This document shows positions 48,582-58,343 of a DNA stretch of 64,000 nt, piece by piece. Source of the stretch: Candidatus Kapaibacterium sp. (GTDB lineage Bacteria > Bacteroidota > Ignavibacteria > Kapaibacteriales > Kapaibacteriaceae); contig JAURGP010000001.1 in the NCBI GenBank assembly GCA_030833725.1, forward strand, positions 113,870 through 177,869. The letters run 5' to 3'. Each line of letters starts with the position of its first letter. Positions within the stretch are counted from its first letter, which is position 1. Position numbers and translations under genes: made by a program. The notes below the pieces were generated by a model. That model did no database searches, had not been told where the DNA came from, and saw only the letters and a program-made list of their open reading frames with translations.

Positions 48582-49229
48582 TTATTCGGTGAGAGCACCA
48601 AGGTCGAAGAGGAAGTTGATACCGAGAGCACCGGAAGCTACCTTCGGGCTGAATTCGTCGCTCTCGCTGTCCATGCCGGTAACCATGTACCCACCGCGAA
48701 GGACAATGTTCAGCTGGCCGATGTCGGCCGTCATCACGGGAATCATTCCACCAATGCGGAGTTCAATGGATGGGCTGGTAAGGTCGTCGGCACCTACGTT
48801 TGGCACCTCTGTACCTGAAACGAACTTGGTGGAGAGTGCGGAGGGGAATCCAAAAGCAGCTCCGAGCGTAAGACCACTCAGATAGAGTGAAGGGGCAAAC
48901 GAAATGTACTGAGCCTGGGTGATCAGCGTGTTGTTATCGTTGGCACCGTCATTGGGCTTCATCTGATACGAGTACGTTGCATACTCCAGATCGGCAATCA
49001 TACCGATCGACGTTTCTTTACTAAACATGAACTTCAGCGTTACGCCCAGATCTGGCAGGCCATTGAAGTTGACGCCTGTTTTGAATCCGTTAGGAATCTC
49101 GCCAGCATTCACGCCAGCTTTTGCAAGAATTGACGGACCGGCAAACACCTGTTGCCGTTGGGCCTGCACGCTTACCACAGCCGTGGCAAGCACAACAAGC
49201 ACGAGAATGCGATGAAGAGAAGAGTGCAT
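48582..49229 (-). CDS. outer-membrane beta-barrel protein (porin-like)
   Basis: 215 aa. Signal peptide. Beta-strand periodicity. Confidence 0.5.
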   Translation of the reverse strand: MHSSLHRILVLVVLATAVVSVQAQRQQVFAGPSILAKAGVNAGEIPNGFKTGVNFNGLPDLGVTLKFMFSKETSIGMIADLEYATYSYQMKPNDGANDNNTLITQAQYISFAPSLYLSGLTLGAAFGFPSALSTKFVSGTEVPNVGADDLTSPSIELRIGGMIPVMTADIGQLNIVLRGGYMVTGMDSESDEFSPKVASGALGINFLFDLGALTE

Positions 49230-49276
49230 AGTGGGACTCCAGAAAAAATCCAGGAAAAATCCAGTAAAGAGTGGGT

Positions 49277-50554
49277 TTATGATAGCTCGACGTAGTCTAG
49301 ATCCTTACCAAAGGTTTCATGTAACAGAAACCATCCAACAAGTGCGAGAAGAAACACCACTCCTCCCACCAACAACGCAGCACTGGCAAGGGGCTGATCG
49401 AGGCGTACCCACTCTACGCCCGATACCTGACCAGTGTGCAACATCGAATACAGAGCTAACGTTGGTACCAGAGCACCACGAACAAAGTTCGGAACCGTTG
49501 TGGCAACCGTCGCACGCAGATTTGTTCCGAACTGCTCGGCGGCAGTGGTAACGAATACGGCCCAATACCCTGCTCCAAAGCCCAACAGACCTGTCTGCAG
49601 GTAGGTAATTGTCTCCGAGCGATTCGGTGTGTGCAGGTACCACCACACGAGGCCCGCGGTGAGCCCCAGGAACAATAGGACGGTACGTTTCCTGCTGCCC
49701 AGCCATTGACTGATCAGTCCGCTTACGAGATCACCAGCTGCTAGGCCAACGTAGCACCACATCACGGCCTGACCTGCAACGATCGAGGCAGCAGATCCGG
49801 ATTCACGCGTCAGCTCCGGAGAGAAGGTCACCAGGATACCAACGACGTACCAGATGGGTAAGCCAATGGCAACGCAGCCAACGTACAACAACAGGCGCTT
49901 TGGTGTAAAGAGCATGAAGAAATTGCCCCGCTGCGCTGTACTAGCTTCGGCCTTGGCAAACATTCCCGACTCATGCACCCGTACGCGCATCACCAGCAGC
50001 AGCAGACCCAACACACCTCCGGCCACGAATGCTGCGCGCCAATCGAACAGCTCATGCACGAAGTACGCCGCCACGGCACCCAGAATCCCCATTGAAGCAA
50101 CGATCGTTGTTCCGTACCCACGGGTCTCCTTGGGCATGATTTCGGCCACGAGTGTGATCGCTACGCCTAGCTCACCGGCCAAGCCGATGCCTGAGAGAAA
50201 TCGAAAGAGGGCATACATTTCCACCGAGCTTACAAAGGCGTTAGCGATGTTCATGATGCTGTAGAGTAAGATCGAGCCCAACAACACGGAGAGTCTGCCA
50301 CGCCGGTCGGCCAGAACACCAAAGAGCAAGCCCCCTATCAGCATTCCCCCCATCTGCCACTGTAGGATTGTCTCGCTGGCCTTCATCATGTTGGCCGCAG
50401 ATACGCCAATGTCGGCCAGCGATTCCTGGCGTACGATGGAGAACAGAATCAGATCGTAAATGTCTACAAAGTATCCCAGGCCGCACACTAGCACTGTGAG
50501 CCAGATACGCGGAGAAAGTGCAGATGATGACGTTGACGATGTACTCACAACCAC
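49277..50554 (-). CDS. MFS transporter
   Basis: 425 aa, about 12 TM. MFS motif GVLADRRGR. Confidence 0.8.
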   Translation of the reverse strand: MVVSTSSTSSSALSPRIWLTVLVCGLGYFVDIYDLILFSIVRQESLADIGVSAANMMKASETILQWQMGGMLIGGLLFGVLADRRGRLSVLLGSILLYSIMNIANAFVSSVEMYALFRFLSGIGLAGELGVAITLVAEIMPKETRGYGTTIVASMGILGAVAAYFVHELFDWRAAFVAGGVLGLLLLVMRVRVHESGMFAKAEASTAQRGNFFMLFTPKRLLLYVGCVAIGLPIWYVVGILVTFSPELTRESGSAASIVAGQAVMWCYVGLAAGDLVSGLISQWLGSRKRTVLLFLGLTAGLVWWYLHTPNRSETITYLQTGLLGFGAGYWAVFVTTAAEQFGTNLRATVATTVPNFVRGALVPTLALYSMLHTGQVSGVEWVRLDQPLASAALLVGGVVFLLALVGWFLLHETFGKDLDYVELS

Positions 50555-50559
50555 GGCAG

Positions 50560-50994
50560 TTATCCTCGAGCTGGAAGAGAAGTGGGGCCAAAGCTATGTG
50601 GCAGTAATTCCGACAGCATCGCTATCCGCTCAGCACCCGATAGCGTGCGTGATACCACGAGCAGATCCGTACCATACTCAGCCAGAACCTGTCGGCAGGC
50701 GCCACAGGGCATCGTGGGCTCCTCGGTATCGGTAACAATCACGCAGGCAAGCATGGATCTCCTGCCTGCTGCCGTAGCCGCAGTAACGGCAGATCGCTCG
50801 GCACACTGTGTAAGGCCATAGGAGGCATTCTCTACATTGCACCCCATATGAAAGTGGTGCTGATCGTCGATCAGGACAGCACCTACCAAGAACTGCGAGT
50901 AGGGGGCATAGGCACGCTGGCGTACCTCGAGTGCCACATCGACGGCCTTGTTCAACAGGCCGGATTCGTGCAGAGTGTTGTAGGTTGCTTTCAT
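50560..50994 (-). CDS. cdd: cytidine deaminase
   Basis: Start at MKATYN. Zinc-binding motifs CAERSA and PCGACRQ. Confidence 0.8.
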   Translation of the reverse strand: MKATYNTLHESGLLNKAVDVALEVRQRAYAPYSQFLVGAVLIDDQHHFHMGCNVENASYGLTQCAERSAVTAATAAGRRSMLACVIVTDTEEPTMPCGACRQVLAEYGTDLLVVSRTLSGAERIAMLSELLPHSFGPTSLPARG

Positions 50995-51901
50995 GGAAAC
51001 AGCCAAAGATACCACGCACATTCGGAGGAATCTGCTTCGATGGTACCGGAAGAACGGCCGTAGTTTCCCGTGGAGAATGCCGGAAACCGACCCCTACGTG
51101 GTGATGGTGTCCGAGGTGATGCTTCAACAAACGCAGGCTCCGCGAGTAGCGGAACTGCTGCCGATCTTTCTGGAGCGCTTTCCATCAGTGCAGCAGCTGT
51201 CGACAGCGTCGAATGCAGCCGTCATCATGGCCTGGAAGGGGCTGGGCTACAACAATCGTGCCCTGCGCCTGAGGGATGCCGCACGTATGGTGATGGAGGA
51301 GTTCTCAGGCCAGATTCCCTCAGCCATGGACGATCTGCGGCGGCTGCCGGGAATTGGTCCGTATGCCTCGGCGGCCATCAGCACCTTTGCCTTCAACACA
51401 CGAACCATCGTGTTGGACGTCAACGTTCGGCGGGTGTACTCAAGGTTGTCGTCGTGGCAGCCCGATTCCGCAGGTATTGCAGCAGACGCCACGTTGGAGC
51501 CTTTTGCACAGTCCGTCTTGCCCAAGAGGAATCCTTCTGAATGGTACCATGCCGTGATGGATCTGGGTGCCACGATCTGTATGGCGCGGAGAACACTGTG
51601 CAGCGGCTGTCCTCTTCAGAACCACTGTCCAAGTTCACACCTCGAGCATACCCCACCGCCACTTCGAACATCACAGCGCTCCGAACCGATGTTTCGTGGC
51701 GAGCCCCGCAGGCTGTGGCGAGGAAGAGTTGTTCAGGCGCTGCGGTCGATCGACGGCCGAGTCCGGCACGACGACCTTCTTACCATGGTGTTCGGCGTTC
51801 TGAACCAGCCGGAGCGAGAGGTGGTGGCACAGGTACTCACGGCCCTTGAAACCGACGGCCTGATTACACGGGATGCTGGGTATGTGAGGCTGTCGGACTA
51901 G
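50993..51901 (+). CDS. mutY: A/G-specific adenine DNA glycosylase-like (HhH-GPD with 4Fe-4S cluster)
   Basis: N-terminal LLRWYRKNGRSFPWR. HhH-GPD (LPGIGPYASAAI). Cys cluster CMARRTLCSGCPLQNHC. Confidence 0.7.
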   Translation: METAKDTTHIRRNLLRWYRKNGRSFPWRMPETDPYVVMVSEVMLQQTQAPRVAELLPIFLERFPSVQQLSTASNAAVIMAWKGLGYNNRALRLRDAARMVMEEFSGQIPSAMDDLRRLPGIGPYASAAISTFAFNTRTIVLDVNVRRVYSRLSSWQPDSAGIAADATLEPFAQSVLPKRNPSEWYHAVMDLGATICMARRTLCSGCPLQNHCPSSHLEHTPPPLRTSQRSEPMFRGEPRRLWRGRVVQALRSIDGRVRHDDLLTMVFGVLNQPEREVVAQVLTALETDGLITRDAGYVRLSD

Positions 51902-53214
51902 AACGAGTACGATACCGCTGCCGACAGGATGTTAAACGCACTCACGCTATAGTCCACGGCGATTCGCACATTGGCGTAGTGGGCCGTAGCGCCGATCGTC
52001 CACTTCACGTTGGTGTTCTGTACGTTGACCACGCTGACCTGCGTTTGCGTATCACCCGGTTGCTCTGGCGTTGGTACCGATGGTTGTCCTGGTGCAGGGG
52101 GCTGTGGCAGCAAGCCCAAGGCAATCTGGATCTCCTGCGGCAGGACGTACGAGTACGTGGATGTTACATCGATGGTTTCGTAGCTCAGGCCTGTGTACAC
52201 AGCCACTACATCCCACAGTTCCTTGCTGGCGTGGATATTTCCACTCCAGATTGTGGCATCTGCCTCAAGCTTCGATTCCGTCAACCCTACCGTATTCGTC
52301 AGATTGGTGCCCTGATACACCACCTGGGCAGCCAGATCGAACCAGCGCTCAGGGAAGTACTGCGACAGGCTATGCTTCAAGCCAAAGCCCCAGAAGGCAA
52401 ACTTGCCAACGTTCTTGTCGATCTCCACTGGTGGGATAAAGCGCACCAGTGCTTCCGTACCGTACAGTGATCCAATCTCGAACTGTGGGACGGCTGCCAT
52501 CAGAGAGCTGATATTCACCCCAGGCGGTAGCGTGAGATAGGGCGGCAGGGCAAGCGTCAGCAGCAGCGAGTCCAGTGCTGCCTGGCCCTCGGCATTCAGA
52601 AGTTGGTACTCCGGGCGGTTCTGAAGGAGCGTTCGCATCTGATCCTGGTTTGGGAGCGTCACCTGTTTGTCCGGCATGTTGCCAAACAGCGTTGCGGCTG
52701 CCTCGGGAAGAACGATGAAACCCGAATCCAGGCCATCGCGAAACAACTCCTTAATCAGGCTCGAGGTCAAGCCGAGCGTGTCGGCATACGTTGGATTGAT
52801 GTTGTACTGAAAGCCGTTAGGGCCAATCGAAATGGTACCATGGCGTAGCAGCACGTCCTGGACTCCCTCACGCGGGCCGAAGTCCAAACCCGGTGTATAG
52901 GTTTTCATGTCGTCGGCGATCTGCCCAAACATGCCGTTGATGCTCACCTTGAAGTACGGCTTCTCGACGGACGCCGGTACGTATGCATGGTCATAGAAGC
53001 GTGCGTTCGACGTTGCGTTGATCGTGGTGACCAACGGCTGCACGTACGGCACGGCATTACTCTGGAAGATGTCCCTCGTCAGTGCGCGTGTAACGTCTAC
53101 GGCAAGTGGATTCCACAGCTGCTGAGCCGATAGCATCTGGATGCTGCAGCACATCACAACCAGTACAAGGACACGTGAGCGCATCGAGTGGTGTTGTTTC
53201 ATGATCGTGTTCAT
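51898..53214 (-). CDS. hypothetical outer-membrane/secreted protein
   Basis: 438 aa. Signal peptide. Ends in an aromatic residue (VSYSF), as many OMPs do. Overlaps upstream GT4 by 4 bp. Confidence 0.45.
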   Translation of the reverse strand: MNTIMKQHHSMRSRVLVLVVMCCSIQMLSAQQLWNPLAVDVTRALTRDIFQSNAVPYVQPLVTTINATSNARFYDHAYVPASVEKPYFKVSINGMFGQIADDMKTYTPGLDFGPREGVQDVLLRHGTISIGPNGFQYNINPTYADTLGLTSSLIKELFRDGLDSGFIVLPEAAATLFGNMPDKQVTLPNQDQMRTLLQNRPEYQLLNAEGQAALDSLLLTLALPPYLTLPPGVNISSLMAAVPQFEIGSLYGTEALVRFIPPVEIDKNVGKFAFWGFGLKHSLSQYFPERWFDLAAQVVYQGTNLTNTVGLTESKLEADATIWSGNIHASKELWDVVAVYTGLSYETIDVTSTYSYVLPQEIQIALGLLPQPPAPGQPSVPTPEQPGDTQTQVSVVNVQNTNVKWTIGATAHYANVRIAVDYSVSAFNILSAAVSYSF

Positions 53215-54542
53215 GATCGTTCTAGCAGGTGATCGAGTATTCGTGCCAATTGAGCAGCAGATTCTCGGCGCTCGTACTTGCGCACTTCGTTGAGGAGTGG
53301 CGATGCAATTGGCAGGCCATCTTTCCAGCGTTGAACCGCCTGATCCACAGCCGTTGCAATACCCGCGACATCCGACTGAGGACAGCTCACTCCCGCCTTG
53401 GTTTCATGGATGAGTGTTTCGATTGCACTACCCCGAGGCGCCAGGGCCAGAATCGGCCTACCAACACCAAGGTACTCATACACCTTGCCAGGTACGATCT
53501 CTGCCGACTCCTTTGCATCGTCCACAATCAGCAGACTCATTTCCGAGCGCATCAGATGGGCAATACTCTCCTGATGCGGCACATAGTCGATCACCTCGAT
53601 TGACGGTGCAAAGGTGCTGGCGGTTAACATCTGCTGGACGTCGTCGCCAAATCGTCCAACAAGTCGGAGTTTGATGGAAGGGGGCTCCAGGCGACCTTGG
53701 GTATGCAGGAGTTCCAGAGCCTCTAAAAGGGCCTTGGGCGTGCGCCTTCCATACATCGACCCCGTGTATGTGATGGTAAACACGCTGTTGGGCGTGTAGT
53801 CGATGGTTGGAAAGTCCGAAGCATCGTAGCCGTTGGGCACATGGTGAAACTTCTCGACGGGGAGCTCTGGGTACTTGCCTCGGGCATCGTCGATGATTCC
53901 CTGCCAGGCGCACTCCACAGCTGTTGCCTCGGTGAAGACAGTTCGCTCGAGCGCTCGATCAATCCAGGCCGGTAGCCACCATCGATCCGGCGTGGTAAGG
54001 AACAGTGTCCAGGGATCACGGAAGCTGGCTACCCACGGAAGCTTCATTGCTCGATGCGTATTGCGGCCAATCAGAGCGCAGGTATAGGGCGGCGACGAGC
54101 TATAGATTGCCGAGATACCCTCCTCGCGGATCAGCTCCACGGCTCGTCGTGTGGCGGGTCGCAGCCAGGCAATGCGGGCGTCGGGAATGAAGAACGTGGC
54201 ACGAATCCACTCGCTGAGTTGCTCCTTCCATCCGGAGCGTTGCTCACTGGACTTGTTCACGTTGACGTCTACCGCAGCCCCTTTCCTACCCATGAAGCGC
54301 CGGTAGAGCGTGTAGGGCTCGTTAATGGGAACGCGTTCAACGCGGACGTCAGCCGGGATCTTTGCCAGCAGACTTTCATCACGTGCAGGAAAGTCTCCGT
54401 TCTCCACCGTAAGCACAACTGGTTGCCAACCGGCATCACGCAGATAGGTGACGTGTTTGAGAACGCGCTGTACACCGGGACCACCTCCTGGAGGGAAGTG
54501 GTAGGCAATCACGAGGACCTTCTTTGCAGACACGCCACTCAC
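53211..54542 (-). CDS. glycosyltransferase family 4
   Basis: 443 aa. GT-B fold. EYLGVGRPILAL motif matches the conserved GT4 Glu-containing (EX7E-type) region. Confidence 0.75.
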   Translation of the reverse strand: MSGVSAKKVLVIAYHFPPGGGPGVQRVLKHVTYLRDAGWQPVVLTVENGDFPARDESLLAKIPADVRVERVPINEPYTLYRRFMGRKGAAVDVNVNKSSEQRSGWKEQLSEWIRATFFIPDARIAWLRPATRRAVELIREEGISAIYSSSPPYTCALIGRNTHRAMKLPWVASFRDPWTLFLTTPDRWWLPAWIDRALERTVFTEATAVECAWQGIIDDARGKYPELPVEKFHHVPNGYDASDFPTIDYTPNSVFTITYTGSMYGRRTPKALLEALELLHTQGRLEPPSIKLRLVGRFGDDVQQMLTASTFAPSIEVIDYVPHQESIAHLMRSEMSLLIVDDAKESAEIVPGKVYEYLGVGRPILALAPRGSAIETLIHETKAGVSCPQSDVAGIATAVDQAVQRWKDGLPIASPLLNEVRKYERRESAAQLARILDHLLERS

Positions 54543-55387
54543 GCAGGATTCCGGAAGACAAGAGCTGTTTCCATTCCCAGGGTTCGCACAAGTGGAAGGT
54601 TCTTCAGCGGCGTTAGTTCCAACGTGGGAATAGGCTTGTTGTACTTCCAGCGGAATACCGGACGCAAGCCGAAGTATCGCTCATCTACAAGCGACAGGCC
54701 GGCGTTCTTGGCATCATGTAGGATCTGCGACGCCGAGCAACGAATACGGTGCAACCGACGCAGCTCTTCTTGATTCATCGAATCTCCCTGATCGATCATC
54801 CAAAAGAAGATCGACCGTGGCAGAAGGTGAACCCACGGCAGGCTGCCAAGAGCTGTACCGAGCAGTTGCTGGTGGCCTCCGTACGCTGACAGGTACGGTG
54901 GAAACGTGATCAGAATCACACCGCCGGGACGCATGATCCGGGCGATGTTGCGCAACGCGACGGCAGCATCATCTAGGTGCTCGATCACATCGCGGAGTAC
55001 CACAACATCAAACCGCTCCTGCCAAGCCTCTGGAATGGCATCGTAGATCACATCGTGGTGAACGAAGGACACATCTAGATCCAGGGCCTGTGCAATGGGA
55101 GTGGAAACCTCCTCCAGTAGCGGCGCCATGATGTCCGTACCCAGGGCAAATCCCGCACCGTGTTGTACAAAGGCATCCAGGACGCCTCCTTCAGCACAGC
55201 CGATCTCGCACACGCTTGCTCGTTGCGGCAGAGCGTTCAAACGCTCCAACCACGGAATCAGGGTATGCACTGCCAAACGATACTGCATGCGGAAGTTCCG
55301 CTTCGTTCGCGGAATCCACTCCATCTGTTCCACCCGATCCGACAGATCGTACTGGTTTCCGGCTATGGGGGTGTAAGGGGCTGTCAC
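54539..55387 (-). CDS. class I SAM-dependent methyltransferase
   Basis: 282 aa. Motif I VCEIGCAEGGV. Confidence 0.75.
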   Translation of the reverse strand: MTAPYTPIAGNQYDLSDRVEQMEWIPRTKRNFRMQYRLAVHTLIPWLERLNALPQRASVCEIGCAEGGVLDAFVQHGAGFALGTDIMAPLLEEVSTPIAQALDLDVSFVHHDVIYDAIPEAWQERFDVVVLRDVIEHLDDAAVALRNIARIMRPGGVILITFPPYLSAYGGHQQLLGTALGSLPWVHLLPRSIFFWMIDQGDSMNQEELRRLHRIRCSASQILHDAKNAGLSLVDERYFGLRPVFRWKYNKPIPTLELTPLKNLPLVRTLGMETALVFRNPA

Positions 55388-55413
55388 AATGCTTCAAAGA
55401 TACTGAGGGAGCC

Positions 55414-56460
55414 ATGCGTTCAGGCGTATTTTTGGGAATGAGCAGCATACGGTACTCCATCCGATACTCGATCATTGTGGCCGTCTACAATCGTCCGGAT
55501 GAGATGGACGAACTTCTCGAGAGTCTGTCGCAGCAAACACTGCGCAACTTCGAAGTAGTCGTGGTCGAGGATGGGTCGCAGCAGCCATCGAAGGCGGTCT
55601 GCGATCGGTATGCAGGGCAACTCGAGATTTCGTACTTCGCCAAGGAGAATTCCGGCCCTGGCCTGTCGAGGAACTATGGCTGCGATCGCGCTCGCGGTGA
55701 GGTGTTCCTCTTCCTTGACTCCGACTGCACCGTGCCTCCAACGTGGTTGGAAGTGGTCGATCATGGCTTGCACACCACCGGCTTTGATGCTTTCGGTGGA
55801 CCCGATCGGGAACACGATGCCTTCAGCCCCCTCCAGAAAGCGATCTCCTATGCCATGACGTCGGTGCTTACGACCGGAGGCATACGAGGATCGAAGATTC
55901 GTGTAGGCGGTGCCTTCCACCCGCGCTCATTTAACATGGGGATGCGGCGCGAGGTGTACACCACTACGCATGGGTTTTCCACGATGCGGTTCGGTGAGGA
56001 CATCGACTTCAGCATTCGCATGGTTAAGGCTGGATTTCAGGTGGGTCTACTTCCAGAAGCGTGGGTGTATCACAAGCGACGAACGGACCTCAAGAAGTTC
56101 TTCAAGCAAGTGCACAACTCCGGAATGGCTCGCATCAATCTTACGCTGCGCCACCCGGGTACGTTGAAACTGACCCACTTCTTTCCCGCTGCGTTTACCG
56201 TGTACGTTGCCGTTGCGCTGCTCTACCTTGTGATTCATCCACTTGGCGTGTGGGCGCTGCTTCCACTGGCTGTGTGGGGTGCAGCTATTGCGCTCCATGC
56301 ATCACTGCGCATGCGCTCGGCATCCATTGGAGTACTTGCCGTGTTGGCTTCGATGGTGCAGATGATTGGATACGGAACAGGCTTCATCCGCGGGCTGGTT
56401 CGGCGAGTGATTCTCAATAAGCCTGAGGGCTACGCCTACCAGAACACGTTCTACAAATAG
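55414..56460 (+). CDS. glycosyltransferase family 2 with C-terminal TM segments
   Basis: SIIVAVYNRPDEM, DGS and DSD motifs of GT-A. Two C-terminal TM helices. Confidence 0.75.
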   Translation: MRSGVFLGMSSIRYSIRYSIIVAVYNRPDEMDELLESLSQQTLRNFEVVVVEDGSQQPSKAVCDRYAGQLEISYFAKENSGPGLSRNYGCDRARGEVFLFLDSDCTVPPTWLEVVDHGLHTTGFDAFGGPDREHDAFSPLQKAISYAMTSVLTTGGIRGSKIRVGGAFHPRSFNMGMRREVYTTTHGFSTMRFGEDIDFSIRMVKAGFQVGLLPEAWVYHKRRTDLKKFFKQVHNSGMARINLTLRHPGTLKLTHFFPAAFTVYVAVALLYLVIHPLGVWALLPLAVWGAAIALHASLRMRSASIGVLAVLASMVQMIGYGTGFIRGLVRRVILNKPEGYAYQNTFYK

Positions 56461-56463
56461 ACG

Positions 56464-57549
56464 CTACACGTAGGCCAGTCTGGCTTCTACTGCATCAGCA
56501 ATGGTTGATGGCTGCAGATGCTCCATGCACCGGTAGTTTGGATTGGTGCAGTCGTGCTGGAAGAAACACGTGCACGCCTTCTCTGGCTCGAGTAATACAC
56601 CGCGATCGTACAACTCAAACTCATGCTTGTTGAAGATGTTGTTCATCAACACAAGTTGTTTCTTCAGGCCGATGGCAATGTGCATCGCCATCGTTACGGC
56701 GGTGACGACAACGTCGCACACATTCACCACAGCGATGAAGTTGCGAATCGCATGTGTGCCCTGGTAGATCGCTCCCGTTCGCTCGTGCAGAAGCACGTTA
56801 CGCTCGTGTTCGGACGGACCGCCTAGTAGCACTACGCGGTAACCCCGATCCTGCAACATTCCAATCAATTGAATCCAGTAGTCTACTGGCCACTCTCGAG
56901 CAATCCATCGGTCCCCACAGCCGGTGTTGAGTCCAACAACCGGTCCACCGGGTGGCATCGCTATTGGTGACGAACCTGGAGGGTCCATCACATACTCCTG
57001 CCGTGTGTACGGCAGGTTGCTCATCATCGTGATTTCTTCAGGATAGGACAGTGTGTTCGCCTTGTTCACATCGTCGAAGACGCCCGTGCGGTACTTGGCC
57101 TCGGCCAGATGATTCGCGGGTGCTGGAAGTCCATCACGCAGCACAAAGCCGTAACGCTCTCCAGCGGCAACAGCATTCATCAGCGCACAGGCCTGAGCGT
57201 CCTTGTCAAGGTTCATGACTACGTCGAAGTGTAGCTGCTGCAGAAGCACGATATTCTCCGCCGAGGGCTTCAGCACGCGATGAACGGCCGATGGAACCAG
57301 CTCGGGTGAATAAGTCAACCACCAGATTTCGTGATCTGGATACTTGGCCGTAAGGGGCTCAAGGATGACCGTCGTGCGGATGACATCACCAGCCGCACCT
57401 AGCTTGATGATCAGGATGCGACCGGCACGTTTAGCATAGTGCGTACAGCCGTCACAATGCGTGCCGAACTGTTTATGCGGTGTGCAGGGAACGTCACCAC
57501 GAGCATGCAGACAATCCGACCGGAACACCTCCCCATCCACCTGCATCAT
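56464..57549 (-). CDS. glycosyltransferase family 9 (heptosyltransferase-like) with N-terminal Cys-rich extension
   Basis: 361 aa. GT9-like ILIIKLGAAGDVIRTT and GCGDRW motifs. N-terminus carries CLHARGDVPCTPHKQFGTHCDGCTHY (C4-like). Confidence 0.6.
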   Translation of the reverse strand: MMQVDGEVFRSDCLHARGDVPCTPHKQFGTHCDGCTHYAKRAGRILIIKLGAAGDVIRTTVILEPLTAKYPDHEIWWLTYSPELVPSAVHRVLKPSAENIVLLQQLHFDVVMNLDKDAQACALMNAVAAGERYGFVLRDGLPAPANHLAEAKYRTGVFDDVNKANTLSYPEEITMMSNLPYTRQEYVMDPPGSSPIAMPPGGPVVGLNTGCGDRWIAREWPVDYWIQLIGMLQDRGYRVVLLGGPSEHERNVLLHERTGAIYQGTHAIRNFIAVVNVCDVVVTAVTMAMHIAIGLKKQLVLMNNIFNKHEFELYDRGVLLEPEKACTCFFQHDCTNPNYRCMEHLQPSTIADAVEARLAYV

Positions 57550-58343
57550 ATTCGTACCTGCAGCATGAACGTGAAGTTCAAGTGGTAGATCAAGCTCTCG
57601 CCGGCTTCGTTGATCGATCGTGGTGTGAGAAGTTCACCACGACCACCCTCCCACGTAGGGCGGGTGTCCCGGCCCACAAGGTTCATCGCTCCCCACGAGA
57701 CGCTGGTATTCAGAAACAGAGGATAGTAGATCTCGCCTTCGATGCCGAGACGCACCATGCCTCCAAGGCGCATGGCTGCCGGTTTCCCCATCGTGATACG
57801 CGTGGTATCAATAGGCGGAATGGCATTGGGGTAGCGCTCGTTGTACGTAATCGTATTCTGTCCTACGGCTGTAAGACGTGCCTCTGCTCCCAGATACGCC
57901 CGTGCATAGGCTAAGGGAAACTCCACAAACGACCACTCAAAACCACCGTGGAAGGAGTACAGGCTCACATCATTCTGAACGCGAATGGCATAGCTCGTTG
58001 ATCGGATCGACTGTGTGCCGGAGTACATGAAGTAATCCACACCGAACGGGATACGCGTGATCTTCTGTTTGTCGAGATCTGCGAAGCCTTTCACGCCCCA
58101 ACCGATCTGCATGCCATCGAAGCCCCCTCCAAACCCAGCCGTTGTATCAGTATCGTTACCGGTTCCAGCAATGCGATACACTGCGGGGTTATCGTTGGTG
58201 ATCCAGCTGGTGGATAATCCAGCTGCGACGCGATACCGCACCTGACTCTGTGCAGGCAGCACGGCAACAGTACACAGTACTGCCGCGGCAAACAGCAGGG
58301 TAATGCTGTTACTGAAGGCGCTCTTGAATGCTGTAGCGTTCAT
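57546..58343 (-). CDS. hypothetical outer-membrane beta-barrel protein
   Basis: Signal peptide (MNATAFKSAFSNSITLLFAAAVLCTVAVLPAQSQ). Beta-strand periodicity. Ends in aromatic-x-hydrophobic. ORF extends to 58385. Confidence 0.45.
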   Translation of the reverse strand: MNATAFKSAFSNSITLLFAAAVLCTVAVLPAQSQVRYRVAAGLSTSWITNDNPAVYRIAGTGNDTDTTAGFGGGFDGMQIGWGVKGFADLDKQKITRIPFGVDYFMYSGTQSIRSTSYAIRVQNDVSLYSFHGGFEWSFVEFPLAYARAYLGAEARLTAVGQNTITYNERYPNAIPPIDTTRITMGKPAAMRLGGMVRLGIEGEIYYPLFLNTSVSWGAMNLVGRDTRPTWEGGRGELLTPRSINEAGESLIYHLNFTFMLQVRI

